Program-made: the position numbers and the translations under genes
The notes under the pieces: generated by a model
Told to the model about the DNA's origin: nothing
The model's database searches: none
Seen by the model: the letters and a program-made list of their open reading frames with translations, nothing else
Assembly: GCF_006345805.1 (NCBI RefSeq)
Contig: NC_043007.1
Location: forward strand, 51,460,001-51,524,000
DNA: 64,000 bases
Origin: Octopus sinensis
Taxonomy: Eukaryota
Direction of reading: 5' to 3'
Shown: in pieces, positions 37,691 to 50,778 of the stretch
Numbering within the stretch: the first letter of the stretch is position 1
Layout of the letters: every line of letters starts with the position of its first letter

Positions 37691-38430
37691 ACAACACCCA
37701 TTCACACCCTGGAACAGGAAAGGCTCAAGAAACTCCACTATCAGGGGGAAACAATGGCAGCAATCAAGTTCGTAAAAAGAAGAAAAGCCAATGAGGACAG
37801 CAAAACAGGCAAATGGCTTAATACATGAGTTACAATCATAGGATATGAAAGTGTACCTGGGGGAAAGACAGCAGGTTCCCCAGGTCGTCCATACAACCCT
37901 GAGGCCAGATGTAGTTATGTGGTCTGAAGAGGCAAGGAAAATAACTTTCATCGAGCCTACAGTTGCAAGAAGGATGCGATCAGGCCTATGAATTGAAGCA
38001 TGCCAAGTACGAGAGCCTTCTGTAGGATTGCAGAGAGAAGTGATAATAGTCATGGCTTCTCCCAATTGAAGTCGGCTGTAGGGGGTTCTCTGCCTTGCAG
38101 GTAAGGAGGATGCTTTACAGCTATTGGAATGTGAAGAAATGAGCAAAGGATGGCTGTGCGCAGGATGGGAGTATCTTTTGCTGGGAGTATCTCTTGCAGA
38201 ATCGGAGAATCTCTAGCTGGTTATGAAGAGAGGGGTTGTGGTGAAAGCCAGATGATGAGCAATGATTTGGCCATATCTACTGGCCCAGCAACAGGAGAGT
38301 GTAATGGTTCAGAGCCGAACCATTCGATGACCATTGGATGCTGTCTAATGACATCACTTGCCCTTGGCAAATCTCCATTCACTTTGGTGAGTTGAAAAAG
38401 AAGCACCTTCTAGACGTTATCAATAACATT
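37690..38430 (+). mobile_element. HERO-clade LINE 3' fragment (RLE domain + 3'UTR)
   Basis: LEQERLKK..AIKFVK; TTLRPDVVMWSEEARKITFIE.TV; AYELKHAKYESL; LPIEVGCRGF; stops and frameshifts present. Confidence 0.78.
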
Positions 38431-38453
38431 ACACACACATGCACACACACACA

Positions 38454-38519
<66 letters not shown>

Positions 38520-38552
<33 letters not shown>

Positions 38553-38875
38553 ATTGTATACATACACATACACACACATACATTGACATACATACATACA
38601 TAAATAAAAACACACGTGTTGCTAACACACTTAGCTTTACATGAAATTGACGGTCATAATGCACACTTATGTACTGACAAGGTGTCACAGCGATTAGAAA
38701 AACATAGATGACCATGATGATGCAAACTGGTAATATAAACATACATATATATATATATATAGATCTTAATGTGTACATATATAGTTCATTCGTACACTCA
38801 TAGAAAAATTTAAACGTGTTGTATAAACGTGACAATAATACATTACAAGAAAAAGCTAAACACGCCAAGCGTTCC

Positions 38876-38950
<75 letters not shown>

Positions 38951-38972
38951 TATATATATATATATATATATA

Positions 38973-39004
<32 letters not shown>

Positions 39005-39354
39005 ATATATATTGTATACATACACATACACACACATACATTGACATACATACATACATAAATAAAAACACACGTGTTGCTAACACACTTAGCTTTACAT
39101 GAAATTGACGGTCATAATGCACACTTATGTACTGACAAGGTGTCACAGCGATTAGAAAAACATAGATGACCATGATGATGCAAACTGGTAATATAAACAT
39201 ACATATATATATATATATAGATCTTAATGTGTACATATATAGTTCATTCGTACACTCATAGAAAAATTTAAACGTGTTGTATAAACGTGACAATAATACA
39301 TTACAAGAAAAAGCTAAACACGCCAAGCGTTCCTAGATAGATAGATAGATAGAT

Positions 39355-39388
<34 letters not shown>

Positions 39389-39414
39389 AGATAGATAGAT
39401 AGATAGATAGATAG

Positions 39415-39420
<6 letters not shown>
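38520..39420 (+). repeat. Apparently identical 458-bp tandem duplication between microsatellites
   Basis: CACACGTGTTGCTAAC at 38611 and 39069; unique portion appears identical, only TA/GATA lengths differ. Confidence 0.9.
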
Positions 39421-39484
<64 letters not shown>

Positions 39485-40845
39485 GTGAAAGGTTGAGAAT
39501 GTGTGAGGGTGAGAGAAAGGGCGGGAGAGAGAAAATGCGTTATGGACACAGCCACAGCTATGTGTAAACTCATACATATCGAAAACAGACTCACACAAAC
39601 ACGCAAATGCGCGTAAGCACATGCACCCCCCCCATACACACAGAGGATGTATCGAATGAGCTCCCATCCTATATCTTCATTTAATTGCTTGCTTGTGAAA
39701 ACTAATATCTCCGACTCTCCGATATTAGTTACCTCCCCTTGAGAGTTCTCCAATCCTCTCCATTAACGCCATATTGACTATAAAACTTTTATTGGTGGCG
39801 AATTGCAAACAACAAATTGGTATGGCTATCCGATAGCTAAATGTAGTGGGTAGGGAAGGGATAAAGGCTTTTTTTATGGTTCTGCGCCGTTCTTAGCGTA
39901 ACCTTTACATGGGCCGAAAGCAACTGTATCCCAGTAACTCCCAGAGACAGTATTATTCCGGTCATCCAAATCCAAGATGATAGAGTAGTTTTCAAATTTC
40001 TCGCTGATTTATGAATGTTGTTTTTTGGTGACATCCCTATTTCTGACACACGCACCCCCTCTCTCTCTCTTTTTCTCTTTATCTATGACTCTACTGCATT
40101 TCCATTTTCTCCTCTTTCGTTTCCCAACCGCCACTACCCACTTAACAGACAGTATTTTCTTTCACACTCCACCTCTAAACATTCACTTTTATTTCCATGT
40201 CTGTCGATGATATCCTTGACAATATTTGTCGCTATTATTATGATTGCTGGTGTTGATACAATGTGTGCTGCTGCTATTGCTGATGTTGTTGTTATCACTC
40301 CTACTGTAGTTGTTGATGTTGTGGTTCTTGGAGAAGAATTAACGTGCTTACAGGAATTTTAGTGGTATTAATTTGTGTTTTATGGTAAATTGTGTTTGTC
40401 TTTCTAATCTCGATTTTCACCATTCACCATATTAATATTCTCTTTTTTTTTTTTCGAGTATTGTTTGCAAGGAAGGTACCAAGGCTTGTGGGAAATTTGG
40501 TAAAGCTCGGTCTACGTTCAAATTAAGTGTTGGGATTTAATAGTCTTCAGACTAATTTAAAAACCGATCAAATAAAACAGACAATTAGAAAATAATGAGG
40601 AAGACCATAAAAAGTAAAACTGTTAAGTTCTGTCCGTTAAAATCTTGGTTTTCTTGCTTTTTGAGTGAGAGAGAGAGAGACAGACAGAGTGACGCAGAGA
40701 AAGACAAAGAGAGAAGCAGACAGACAGACAGACAGACGAGTCTTTCTCGTGTATAGGATACAAGTCTCTCAAAAGGAGGCTTTTCTGTAGAAAAAACTGA
40801 ACTCAGCGCTCTATACAAGCATACCACTTGTTAATTTCATAGTGA

Positions 40846-40934
<89 letters not shown>

Positions 40935-41365
40935 GAAGAAATCACACCTACACTGTGTACACACACAGACACGCGCCAGCAATTACATATGCAGATACAC
41001 ACATACGCACACACACGCACACACACACACACGCACACACACACACACGCACGCACACACACGCACACACACACATACGCACACACACACACACGTACGC
41101 GCACATACGTGCATACACGCGCGCACAAATGAATCAGTGAGATTATCTCCAAAGGGTTATTCAAGCATTCAGAAATAACAGTTACATCCCGTAGTACGGT
41201 ATCTTTTATCTTAAAGTTGAAGAACATATTGTATTGAAACGTGTAGCTCTAAATACAGTATATCTTAAAATTAACATGATAGTCATAGCGAGGAACAACT
41301 GATTTAGGTATGCTGAATGAAAGCTGACCAGGTACTGAACCACAATACCAATTATCATAAATATA

Positions 41366-42590
41366 AAGGGGTGGAACAAAATAAGCGAAACATAACCTTT
41401 TATTATATTACTTTTCCTATTGGCAATATGGCGCATTCAAAAAAGTATTCTAGTGCACTTCATGATATAGCAGCTGCTTTTCTTTCTTCCTTTCTTTCAG
41501 TCATTCTTTCTTTCTTTGCAGATATTCATATTTAAATAACTTAAAATGTGTGACCTGTCTTATTTCCAAATAGGAAAAATTGTTGGAGTGTGAGTGGTCA
41601 CTAAAATTCAGTCACTAAAATTGCTGAACTGTTTAATGCTTCGAGAGGTACAGTTTCTAAAAATTATACTGACATCCCAAAAGCAAGGTAGGACCAGTTC
41701 TGGTAGGCCTAATTCAGAACAGAAAGCACAGCTCACAGAAAAGAACCGCAAATTAGGGAAACAGTGACCAAAAATCATCGAAATACGGCAGCAAAAGGGA
41801 CAGCAGGGCTAACGACATCCTTACCAACTGTGTGTCAACCAGATCGGTAGCTGTGAACGGCATAAAGCTGCATACCATGGGAGGGTTACAATTACTTGAA
41901 CTTTCCTGTTCCCTATCGACATTGATAAACGGGAAAATGTTGTCTAGATGATAGGAAGTGGTCATGGCTCAATGGAAAATATCATCTCTGATGAATCCTC
42001 ATTCTTCCTTTTTCCCACTTTGGGAAAATTTTGTATCTGGAGATATTACAAAGAAATATTCAACCGTAATTGTTTGACCCCTATCCTGAAGCATAGAGGT
42101 GACTCTATGTTTATTAAGGCAGCTATGTCATGGAATCCTGTTGACCCTTTAATTGCTCTTCATGGCAGAATTAACGCCAAGGATTATCTGAGTCTTTTGG
42201 TTGATCCTGTCCCTCCCATGATACAAACATTGTTTTCTGATGGTATTGCAATATTCTAGAACGATAATACGCCGATTCCTTCGACTAATGTTATTCGAAA
42301 TTGGTATGGAGAACACGAAAGTGAAGTAGCCCACATGTATTGGCACACGCGATTACTGAATTTGAGAGCAGCGAGTGAAGAGCTGCTTCTCTTTGCCATC
42401 GCCATTTAAAGAGCTGAAGCAAGTTTTATTTTAATAAAGGTTCAAAATTTCCCTAACAACCGTTCAGAGCCCGGACGAATTAATTACTCGACGTATCAAA
42501 GCTGTAACTGATGTCAAAAATGAACCAATTCCATAATAAATCATAAACTCTCATTTAACAAAATGTGTTTCCATTATTTCGTCCCGTAAA
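41366..42590 (+). mobile_element. Full-length degraded Tc1-family DNA transposon
   Basis: Left TIR GGGGTGGAACAAAATAAGCGAAACA vs right TGTTTCCATTATTTCGTCCCG + TA; transposase remnants MCDLSYFQIGKIVG, IISDESSF, KHRGDS, F*NDNTPI. Confidence 0.85.
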
Positions 42591-42599
42591 TACGGAAGC

Positions 42600-42815
42600 A
42601 TTTAGTTGCTACTTTTAGCAGGTTGAGCGACTGCGTAGACACTTTCTAGTTGTAGTTGTTGTTAAACTCTAGGGCAGCCGTGATCAAGCAGATCTGTGAT
42701 CAGAGATGTTCCAAATGTGACCATTCCAACTTTTATTCAAACATAGTGTTAACTAGAATTGCATTAACCTTAATTTTCCAAGGCGACATAACAATATTTA
42801 GCCGCTCTTTCTAGT
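42600..42815 (-). mobile_element. SINE-like repeat (family of 9715-9862)
   Basis: See 9715-9862. Confidence 0.4.
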
Positions 42816-42870
42816 AAATTGATTGATTACATAGAGCACACACACACACACAGACACACACACACACACA

Positions 42871-42917
<47 letters not shown>

Positions 42918-43336
42918 CACACACACCTGCTTAGTCCTTCTCCTTATCTTCCAACTTCAATGATATTTGGTAGGAGGTTAACTATATGACTGTAGGAAGA
43001 AAAGCCACATTGTAACCGTATAGAATGAAACCGTCCAATAAGAAAGTGTAAAGTATCAGAGTTGAAAAGTTGACCAGCAGAAGAATAATCAATTTAAATT
43101 GTCCCTGTTTCTCGTTAACCCCAGCAACATAATACTCTCGGGAAACAATACCATCGTACTTCCATCTATCTTGAAAAGCTTCTCCACAGCTCTTCGAATT
43201 TCTATTGCCAGTTCTTACGACATCACTCTCTTTCTCTGTCCCTCTCACTTCCTCTTTTCTCTGATATCTCTCTATTCCCTCCATCTATTCCTTCAATTTT
43301 TCTCGTTCCTCTTATTCTTTAATTATCATCATCTTT

Positions 43337-43423
<87 letters not shown>

Positions 43424-43472
43424 TTTGTTATTGTTATTGTTGTTGTTGTTATTGTTGTTATTATCATTATTA

Positions 43473-43542
<70 letters not shown>

Positions 43543-43544
43543 GG

Positions 43545-45559
43545 TTTCCTTTCATTATAACTTTATTTCAGCTGTCTTAGTACCGGGCATCCTCCGGAGG
43601 CCAAGAGTAGCAAGGGCACTTTTGTTTTGTTATGCATGCTAAAATTATCACCATATTTATTCCATTTTAAGATGGAGAGTGCATTCCGTAGTATATGGGC
43701 TGTACCCATCAAGGTTATATTTTGTAGTTCACGGAGATTGGAGTTACCAGGGAGTTGCTTAATATACTTCTCAGCTCCCTTCACACCAATTATTACTGGT
43801 ATTATCATAGTACTAAACTTCCACATTTTTGTGATTCCAATTTGCAGATCTTTTAACGAGAAAACTTTTCGTATTTCTTTCTTGAGACATTTTTATCTTG
43901 TGGGACAGACATATCTATTAACAGATAAGTTCCTCTGTTATAGTCCTTGATAACAATATCTTGTCGATTGAAGTCAATTTTTGTGTCTGTTTGTATTGGG
44001 AAGTTCCAAAGGATGATGACGCCTTCGGCATTTACTACATCCTTTGGATGGTGCCTGTACCACTTATCATGGGATTTAACTTTGTAGTATTTACAAGCAT
44101 TCCACTGGATGCACTGCCCTAGTCTGTCATGTCTTAAGAAGTACTTCTTTTCAGCGAAGACTGGGCAGCCAGAAACAACACGATCAATTGTCCCTGCGAA
44201 TTATCCGCAATTTCTGCACGAGGGGCCAGATCCATCTTTAAGGACGTTTGCATGGTAGTTTCTGGTAGGTAAGCTCTGATCTTGCGCTACAATAACAAAA
44301 CCTTCTGTTTCCCCTTTCAGACCTGTCCCTTGTAGCCATTGCCGTGCTAAATTTTGATCAATATCTGGCTTGGACAGGCGGTTAGGGTATTTTCCATGCA
44401 GGAGTTTACTTTTCCAGTTGTCTTCGATATTATTTATGCAAGCCTGCATTGCTTTTTCCTTCATGTATTTTGCATCAGTGATAGATTTGTCACTATTTGG
44501 ATCTCTTTGGTCTTACTGATTGTTAATTTCGGACCTTTCCATCCGTATTCTGCATGTCAGTGGGACTCCACTGAATGCGAGAATTGATCGATTAAATTCT
44601 GTTAGCAGCATATAGTTCTGAGTTTAGGATCATTCTTACCCTTCGGTAGCATTCCTTGTGGATTTTCTCTTTTATTTTAGAGTGATTAAAAACCATCAAC
44701 TTCATTGGTTCCCAAATATTTGCATACTTCGGATTGGCCTAGGTTACAAATAGCTGTGGTAGTATCAAGTTCTATGTTTTCTGTCTTTATGAACTTCCCT
44801 GCCTTGAAAGTAGCTTTTGCACATTTATCAAGCCCGAATTCCATACATATATCAGAGCTGAATTCTTTGACAATATTCAGGAGCTTTTCTAATTCTTTGT
44901 CGTTTTTTGGCAAACAGTTAGATCATCCATATAGAGTAGATGATTAAGTTTCTGGTCAAATATCTTATACCCTCTCTTAGCATTATTCAGTTGCGTGGAT
45001 AAAGGGAACACAGCGAGGTAGAATAGTAATGGTGATAATGAGTCACCTTGAGAGATACCACAGACGATATTGATGTCTGGTGAGGTGGTATATCCTTGTG
45101 TACGGTTTAGAATGAGGGTGGCTCTCCATGAATTCATGATTACTTTTAAAAAGTTCGCAATTGTTGGAGCTACCATCCCAGGGCCTTGATAATCCATGCA
45201 TGGGAGACACTATCAAAAACCTTCTTGTAATCTATCCAAGCGGTGCTAACGTTTCTGCGTTTGAATTTGCAATTTCCAATAACCATTTTATTAATCAGTA
45301 ATTGGTCTTTACATCCATATGAACTCCTTTTACATCCCTTTTGTTCTACTCTTTTACTCTTTTACTTGTTTCAGTCATTTCATTGTGGCCATGCTGGAGC
45401 ACCGCCTTTAGTCGAGCAAATCGACCGCATGACTTATTCCTTCTAAGCCTAGTACTTATTCTATCAGTCTCTTTTTGCCGAACCGCTAAGTTACGGGGAC
45501 GTAAACACTCCAGCATCGATTGTCAAGCGATGTTGGGGGGGACAAACACAGACACACAA

Positions 45560-45607
<48 letters not shown>

Positions 45608-46660
45608 ACACAAATCGACACACACGGCTTTGGTCGGCCCGAGGCTATAGTAGAAGACACGTGCCAAAGGTGCCACGCAGTGGGACTGAACCTGGAACCA
45701 TGTGGTTGGTAAGCAAGCTACTTACCACACAGCCACTCCTTGCGAATAACTTCCTATTGTCCAAGGATTCTTGTGCTCTATTCGCTATTATTGATGTTAA
45801 TAGTTTATATATGGTAGTGAGGCATATTATGGGTCGGTATTTGTGGGGTTAGTAGTTTCTTCTGTTTTTGGTATGTAATCCCTTCTGTTAAACACTTTGG
45901 GGGTTTTGCAGGGTTGGACATGACTTCATTGAGTGCTACAGTTGTGGTGGGTGCTCATTAAAGAATTTAGCCAAACATTTGGAATCTTGTTTATACCTGG
46001 GGATTTCCATTTCTTTGACTTGGCGAGCACGGCTTTCACCTCTACAATTGTTATATCCTGCCATTCTTGATATTTGAGGTGGGCATTGGCCTCTTCTATG
46101 TCCTGATCCAATATGCATTTTTATTAAACTCCTTTGGCATACTCAAAATGTTTTCCAAAAATCTTCAGTTTGCTGCTGGGAGGAGGTGTTTCCACAATAA
46201 TGGTATTTTCTCCAGTTCCCTGTTGAATTTTTTTGTGTTTTCCTTGAATGAGCGTTTTTTGTATCTTACCAGTCGTTTGGTTTTTAATTGTAGTTTTTGT
46301 TTGAGGATTTCAATCTGTGTATCCTAATAGTTTGTTGGGTTTATTAGTTTTCCCGTTGCTTGCTTCAAGTAAAGAAGATATATCTGCTCTTAGATGGATT
46401 ATTTGCCGGTTTATTCTTACCATTCATGTAGGCTGTTTGTGTGCACTGCTCTTTTTTGGTCTATCTCTAATTTTGTCTATCTCTAATTTTGATACTGAGT
46501 TGCAACGTAAGCAGCTGAGTAAATGCGTTGATCAATCACTTCGAGGGCATTTTCTCTACTATTCTCAAGGAGTTGTATTAGCTTTCCAGCTTCTTTGAAT
46601 ACTTTTCCGCTCTATTAAGATATTGTTCTAGTATTCCATCTAACAGTTCATTGTTGACGT
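43545..46660 (-). mobile_element. R4/Dong-clade LINE, degraded, near full span with deletions
   Basis: WKSPGINKIPNVWL, EQKGCKRSSYGCKDQLLINK, GISQGDSLSPLLF, LYMDD, FGLDKCAK, CRNC..DRVVSGCP..RHD, RLE tail; TAA/TTA tracts at both ends. Confidence 0.85.
45346..45740 (-). mobile_element. tRNA-derived SINE nested in the R4 RT
   Basis: Full family match; splits the R4 motif LFA|EQKGC. Confidence 0.88.
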
Positions 46661-46739
46661 GATCATTTATAATGTTTTATTATTATTATCATTCTTGTTG
46701 TATTGTTGTTGTTGTTGTTGTTGTTCCCGCTGCTGCTGC

Positions 46740-46785
<46 letters not shown>

Positions 46786-46786
46786 A

Positions 46787-47026
46787 CGGCAGTGAGCTGG
46801 CAGAAACGTTAGCACGCCGGGCGAAATGCGTCGCCGTATTTCGTCTGCCGTTACGTTCTGAGTTCAAATTCCGCCGAGGTCGACTTTGCCTTTTATCCTT
46901 TCGGGGTCGATAAATTAAGTACCAGTTACGCACTGGGGTCGATGTAATCGACTTAATCCGTTTGTCTGTCCTTGTTTGTCCCCTCTGTGTTTAGCCCCTT
47001 GTGGGTAGTAAAGAAATAGGTATTTC
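46787..47026 (+). mobile_element. Young full-length Meta/MESC-like SINE
   Basis: GAGCTGGCAGAAACGTTAGCACGCCGGGCG..GAGTTCAAATTCCGCCGAGGTCGACTTTGCCTTTTATCCTTTCGGGGTCGATAAATTAAGTACCAG. Confidence 0.85.
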
Positions 47027-47039
47027 ACTCGTTTTTAAG

Positions 47040-47172
47040 ATCTGCGTTCAAATCGAGGTCGACTTTGCCTTTCATCCTTTCGGAAAGATAAAGTACCATT
47101 GAAACACTGGTGTCGACGTGATCGACTGCCCCCTCCCCCAAAAACATAGGTCTTGTGCTTCTAGTTGAAAGG

Positions 47173-47175
<3 letters not shown>
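47040..47175 (+). mobile_element. Meta/MESC-like SINE 3' part with (ATT)n tail
   Basis: GAGGTCGACTTTGCCTTTCATCCTTTCGG...GAAAGGATTATTATT. Confidence 0.75.
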
Positions 47176-47251
<76 letters not shown>

Positions 47252-47256
47252 TATTA

Positions 47257-47287
<31 letters not shown>

Positions 47288-47289
47288 AT

Positions 47290-47440
47290 TCTGCTGAAGG
47301 CACAATGCACGAAATTTTAGGGAAGGGGGCCAGTCGATTAGATCGACCCCAGTACGCAACTGGTACTTAATTTATCGACTCCGAAAGGATGAAGGGCATT
47401 TGAACTCAGAAGGTAAAGACAGACGAAGTTTCTGTCTCTT
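47290..47440 (-). mobile_element. Meta/MESC-like SINE fragment
   Basis: CGACCCCAGTACGCAACTGGTACTTAATTTATCGACTCCGAAAGGATGAAG. Confidence 0.75.
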
Positions 47441-47444
47441 TTCC

Positions 47445-49040
47445 TGCCGGTGGCACAACCCCATCCGATGTAGTTCCTGGACATTCCGGTACTATGTCAT
47501 CGACTGCCGGCAATGTCCCGTTTATCTTACTCTTCCTCTTTTCTTCTTTTCAACTGAGGGAGGGTGCGTATCCTCCTTGACCGGCAGATTCGCCTCCCCT
47601 TCCTCATCCCTAGGATCCTTCGGTGAGCACCCATTGTTGCTCACCTTCTTCTTCTTGCGGCCCCTGTTTGAGGAGTCCTCCGCCTCCTCGGCCGCCTTCA
47701 TTCCCTCTTCTACATAGGTTTCACTCAACTGCTTCAGGACCTTATTTTGTTCCTAGGAACAGTTTTTCTTTATATGGCCAGGCGCTAGGCACCGATGACT
47801 CCGGGAGGGGGGGCAACCCTCAAGAATCACCGGGTATCTGCACCCAGCCATTTTAAAAGAATCTGGAAAAATCAGATTGGCTGATTGGATCCAAGGTGTC
47901 AAAATAGCTTTTGACCCAACCCAATTAGTTGCAGGAAAAACTTTCACATTAAGGAGCTTGGCTCCGCTGCCACCCAGACCCCGGCGGATAGTCTCCTCTA
48001 TCCACTCGGGTTTTATCTCGGGTGGCACCCCGCAGACACAAACTCTCGTCAACCTCCTCATATAATGCGTGAGAAGAAACAAAATTTTCCTCGCCCTCTA
48101 AGGGCTGGCTCGCAAATTTGCGAGTCTCTGCAGGGGTGTCAAATAGCAACCACACCGATCCGTATTTAACACCCCTGGAAATGAATTTAATTGTTGGCAA
48201 ATACTCTGCCAACTCCTTTTCACTTGTAGTCTTTTCGAATAGGGCGATGGTGTCGAGTGACTTGGAGTAGATCCTCAACACCACCGTCCTATCTTCACGG
48301 TCTTTCACCCACTGTTTGGGCGTTACAATTTCCCACTCCAAAACATTGTTTTTTTTCATTGCCATGCTTTCTTTTCTTTTTTTTTATAACAGTTCGAAAA
48401 TAGTTTAAAATAAAACTTAAAAAGAGAGAAGAATAAAGAAATCAAAAGAAAGTCACAATCAAATGGGAAGAAGAAAAGGAAAACAATTCACAAAAAAAGT
48501 AAGTCAAATAAAGTTTAGAAGAAAGAAAGTCAATAGTTCAGAAACACAGCAAAAAAAATCTTCCGGCCATTCGGTACTCCCCGCCTGGGTTGAACCCGGA
48601 ACGCCACAACTGGAAGACAACTTCCACAAAAACTGGTATACAAATCGTTGAATCTTGGGAGGCAAAGACACTCCCCTAAACAGCAATTCTCACAATTATT
48701 TTTATAATTCGCAAAAAGTGAACAAATTATTTGTAGGCACGATACTCTTCCAAGCAACAATTCTCATAATTAAGTGAGAAAAATATTCACTTAACGTGAA
48801 CCGCTAACTTGGAAGACGGATACGCCCCCAAACAAAAAATTCTCACAATTCTTACAATTAAGTGCGAAAAAATATTCGCTCCATTTCGGGTAGACCAGAA
48901 TTTAGAATCCAGTAGGACTTCCTGCTTATACAAAAAATTCTGCAGAACAAAAAATTCCGACTGGACCCAAAAAACAGAATCTTACCTTACAGTGGAGCTT
49001 CAAAATTTTTCAGTTCGAGATGGCTTCAAAAGCACGTCTC
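47445..49040 (-). mobile_element. 5' part of a second Tx1-clade LINE (5'UTR + frameshifted ORF1)
   Basis: ORF1 pieces 48365-47949, 48082-47753, 47728-47522: RVCVCGVPPEI..PVILEG..HRCLAPGHIKKNC resembles ORF1 of element 637-6870; putative 5' end GAGACGTGCTTTTG..AGCTCC. Confidence 0.75.
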
Positions 49041-49399
49041 ACCGCTTTGGTGCCAAACAGCAAACTTACACGCACATGCGCAGGAGCAACCTTCATGGGG
49101 AAGCAAGCTTCTTACCACACAGCCACTCCTGTGTATATATATGTGTGTATAAACATGTATACCTCCCCACACACGCACATATATACCGTTTTCTTTCTTT
49201 TTTTCTTTACTTCTTTTGCACCATAACATCATTTCAGCAGATGAGCTTATTTGTAATAACATATATAAGACCGGCGCTTGTCCATTAAGCAGACAAGACA
49301 AGTGATACTACGGCATTTAAGGTGAGACATACCCGAGCTGTTTATAACAATACCTATAATACTTTCTATTGTTGTCACAAAGCCTGAAATTTGGAGATA

Positions 49400-49530
49400 A
49401 GGCCTTTATCGATTATAGCGACCCTCGTTTTCAATTGGTATGTATTTCATTGCATTCGAAAGGATGAATCACAACGTCGACTACAGCATTTTATCCGACG
49501 ATTTTACGATTCTGCCACCTCACTGCCTTA
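49400..49530 (-). mobile_element. Meta/MESC-like SINE fragment
   Basis: ATTGGTATGTATTTCATTG..CGAAAGGATGAATCACAACGTCGAC. Confidence 0.6.
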
Positions 49531-49601
49531 ATAACAACAACAACAGCAACGAAAACAGCAACAGCTAAACAACAACAACAACGACAATAATAATAATAAT
49601 A

Positions 49602-49636
<35 letters not shown>

Positions 49637-49639
<3 letters not shown>

Positions 49640-50310
49640 CAATGCCAGGCTGTGGCTCTCATGGCTTCTGATCTTAACTGATTGGAAGCGTTATCAAGTA
49701 CATTGTTTTGTCTTGGTATAAAAGATGGGCTACAGCAAATATTCTTCTCAATAATGCCCTGATGCAGTACCAGGCAGTGGCTCTCATGGCTTCTGATCCT
49801 AACTGATTGGAAGTGTTATTATGTACATTGTTTTGTCTTGGTATAAAAGATGGGCTACAGCAAATACTCTGCTCAATACCACAGATCTGCTTGTCAGTTG
49901 TTTGACCTTAGTCAGTTGAACATGTCCCTTAGTGGCTGACGATATGTGCATCTCTGATCACGAGCAGAAGTAGTGGGGGAGCATCATAGCCATATGTTGA
50001 GAGGGATTCTTTGTGGTTTGAATAATTCACCTCTGGAAACATGGGTGGTTCTTTCAACATCCTTAAACAACCCTTATTCAGGGACCTTTTGAGCGGGATG
50101 GGCTACTCAACCTGAAGAAAATTCTAGCTGGGCCCCACCTGCAAGGTCATGTGCTGTTTATCTTGATATGAGATCACCATGTCGCGCACATATGGTTGTG
50201 ATGCATGTGCCTGGTGTACCCTTATCAGACGGGTAGTCATGATGGGTATATTGGGCTTCGTATATTTTACCCCAGTGTCACTTTGATGGTATGAACTGCT
50301 CTCTCACTGA
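49637..50310 (+). mobile_element. ~560-bp non-coding (TAA)n-flanked element, with its 5' ~115 bp duplicated in tandem
   Basis: TGCCCTGATGCAGTACCAGGCAGTGGCTCTCATGG...CTGCTCTCTCACTGAATAATAAT; other copies at 58478, 60558, 61094 and 63339. Confidence 0.85.
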
Positions 50311-50334
50311 ATAATAATAATAATAATAATAATA

Positions 50335-50745
50335 ATCCTTTCTAATACATGGTCCCCAGTAGTCAAATGGAGCTTAATTCATTGACACCCGAAAGGATAA
50401 AAGGTGAAGTCGACCTCAACGGAATTTGAACTCAGAAAGTAGCAGCAGACGAAATACTGTTCCGCATTTCGCCTGGCGTGCTAACGATACTGCAAGCTCA
50501 CTGCCTTAACAGCAACAATGATAATAGTAATCCTTTCTACTATAGGCACAAGGTCTGACATTTGGAGGAGGGGTTAAGTCGATTACATTGACTTCAGTGC
50601 TCAACTGGTACTTATTTCATTCACCCGAAAAAATGAAAGGCAAAGTCGACCTCGGCGAAATTTAAACTCAGAACGTAAAGACAGACGAAATGCCGCTAAG
50701 CATTGTGCACGGAATGCTTACGATTCTACCACCTTGTCACTTTGA
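50335..50745 (-). mobile_element. Two tandem Meta/MESC-like SINEs
   Basis: CCCGAAAGGATAAAAGGTGAAGTCGACCTC (~50390) and GAAAGGCAAAGTCGACCTCGGCG (~50635); (AAT)n tails. Confidence 0.75.
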
Positions 50746-50778
50746 TAATGATGATAATAAAAATTATTATTATTATTA

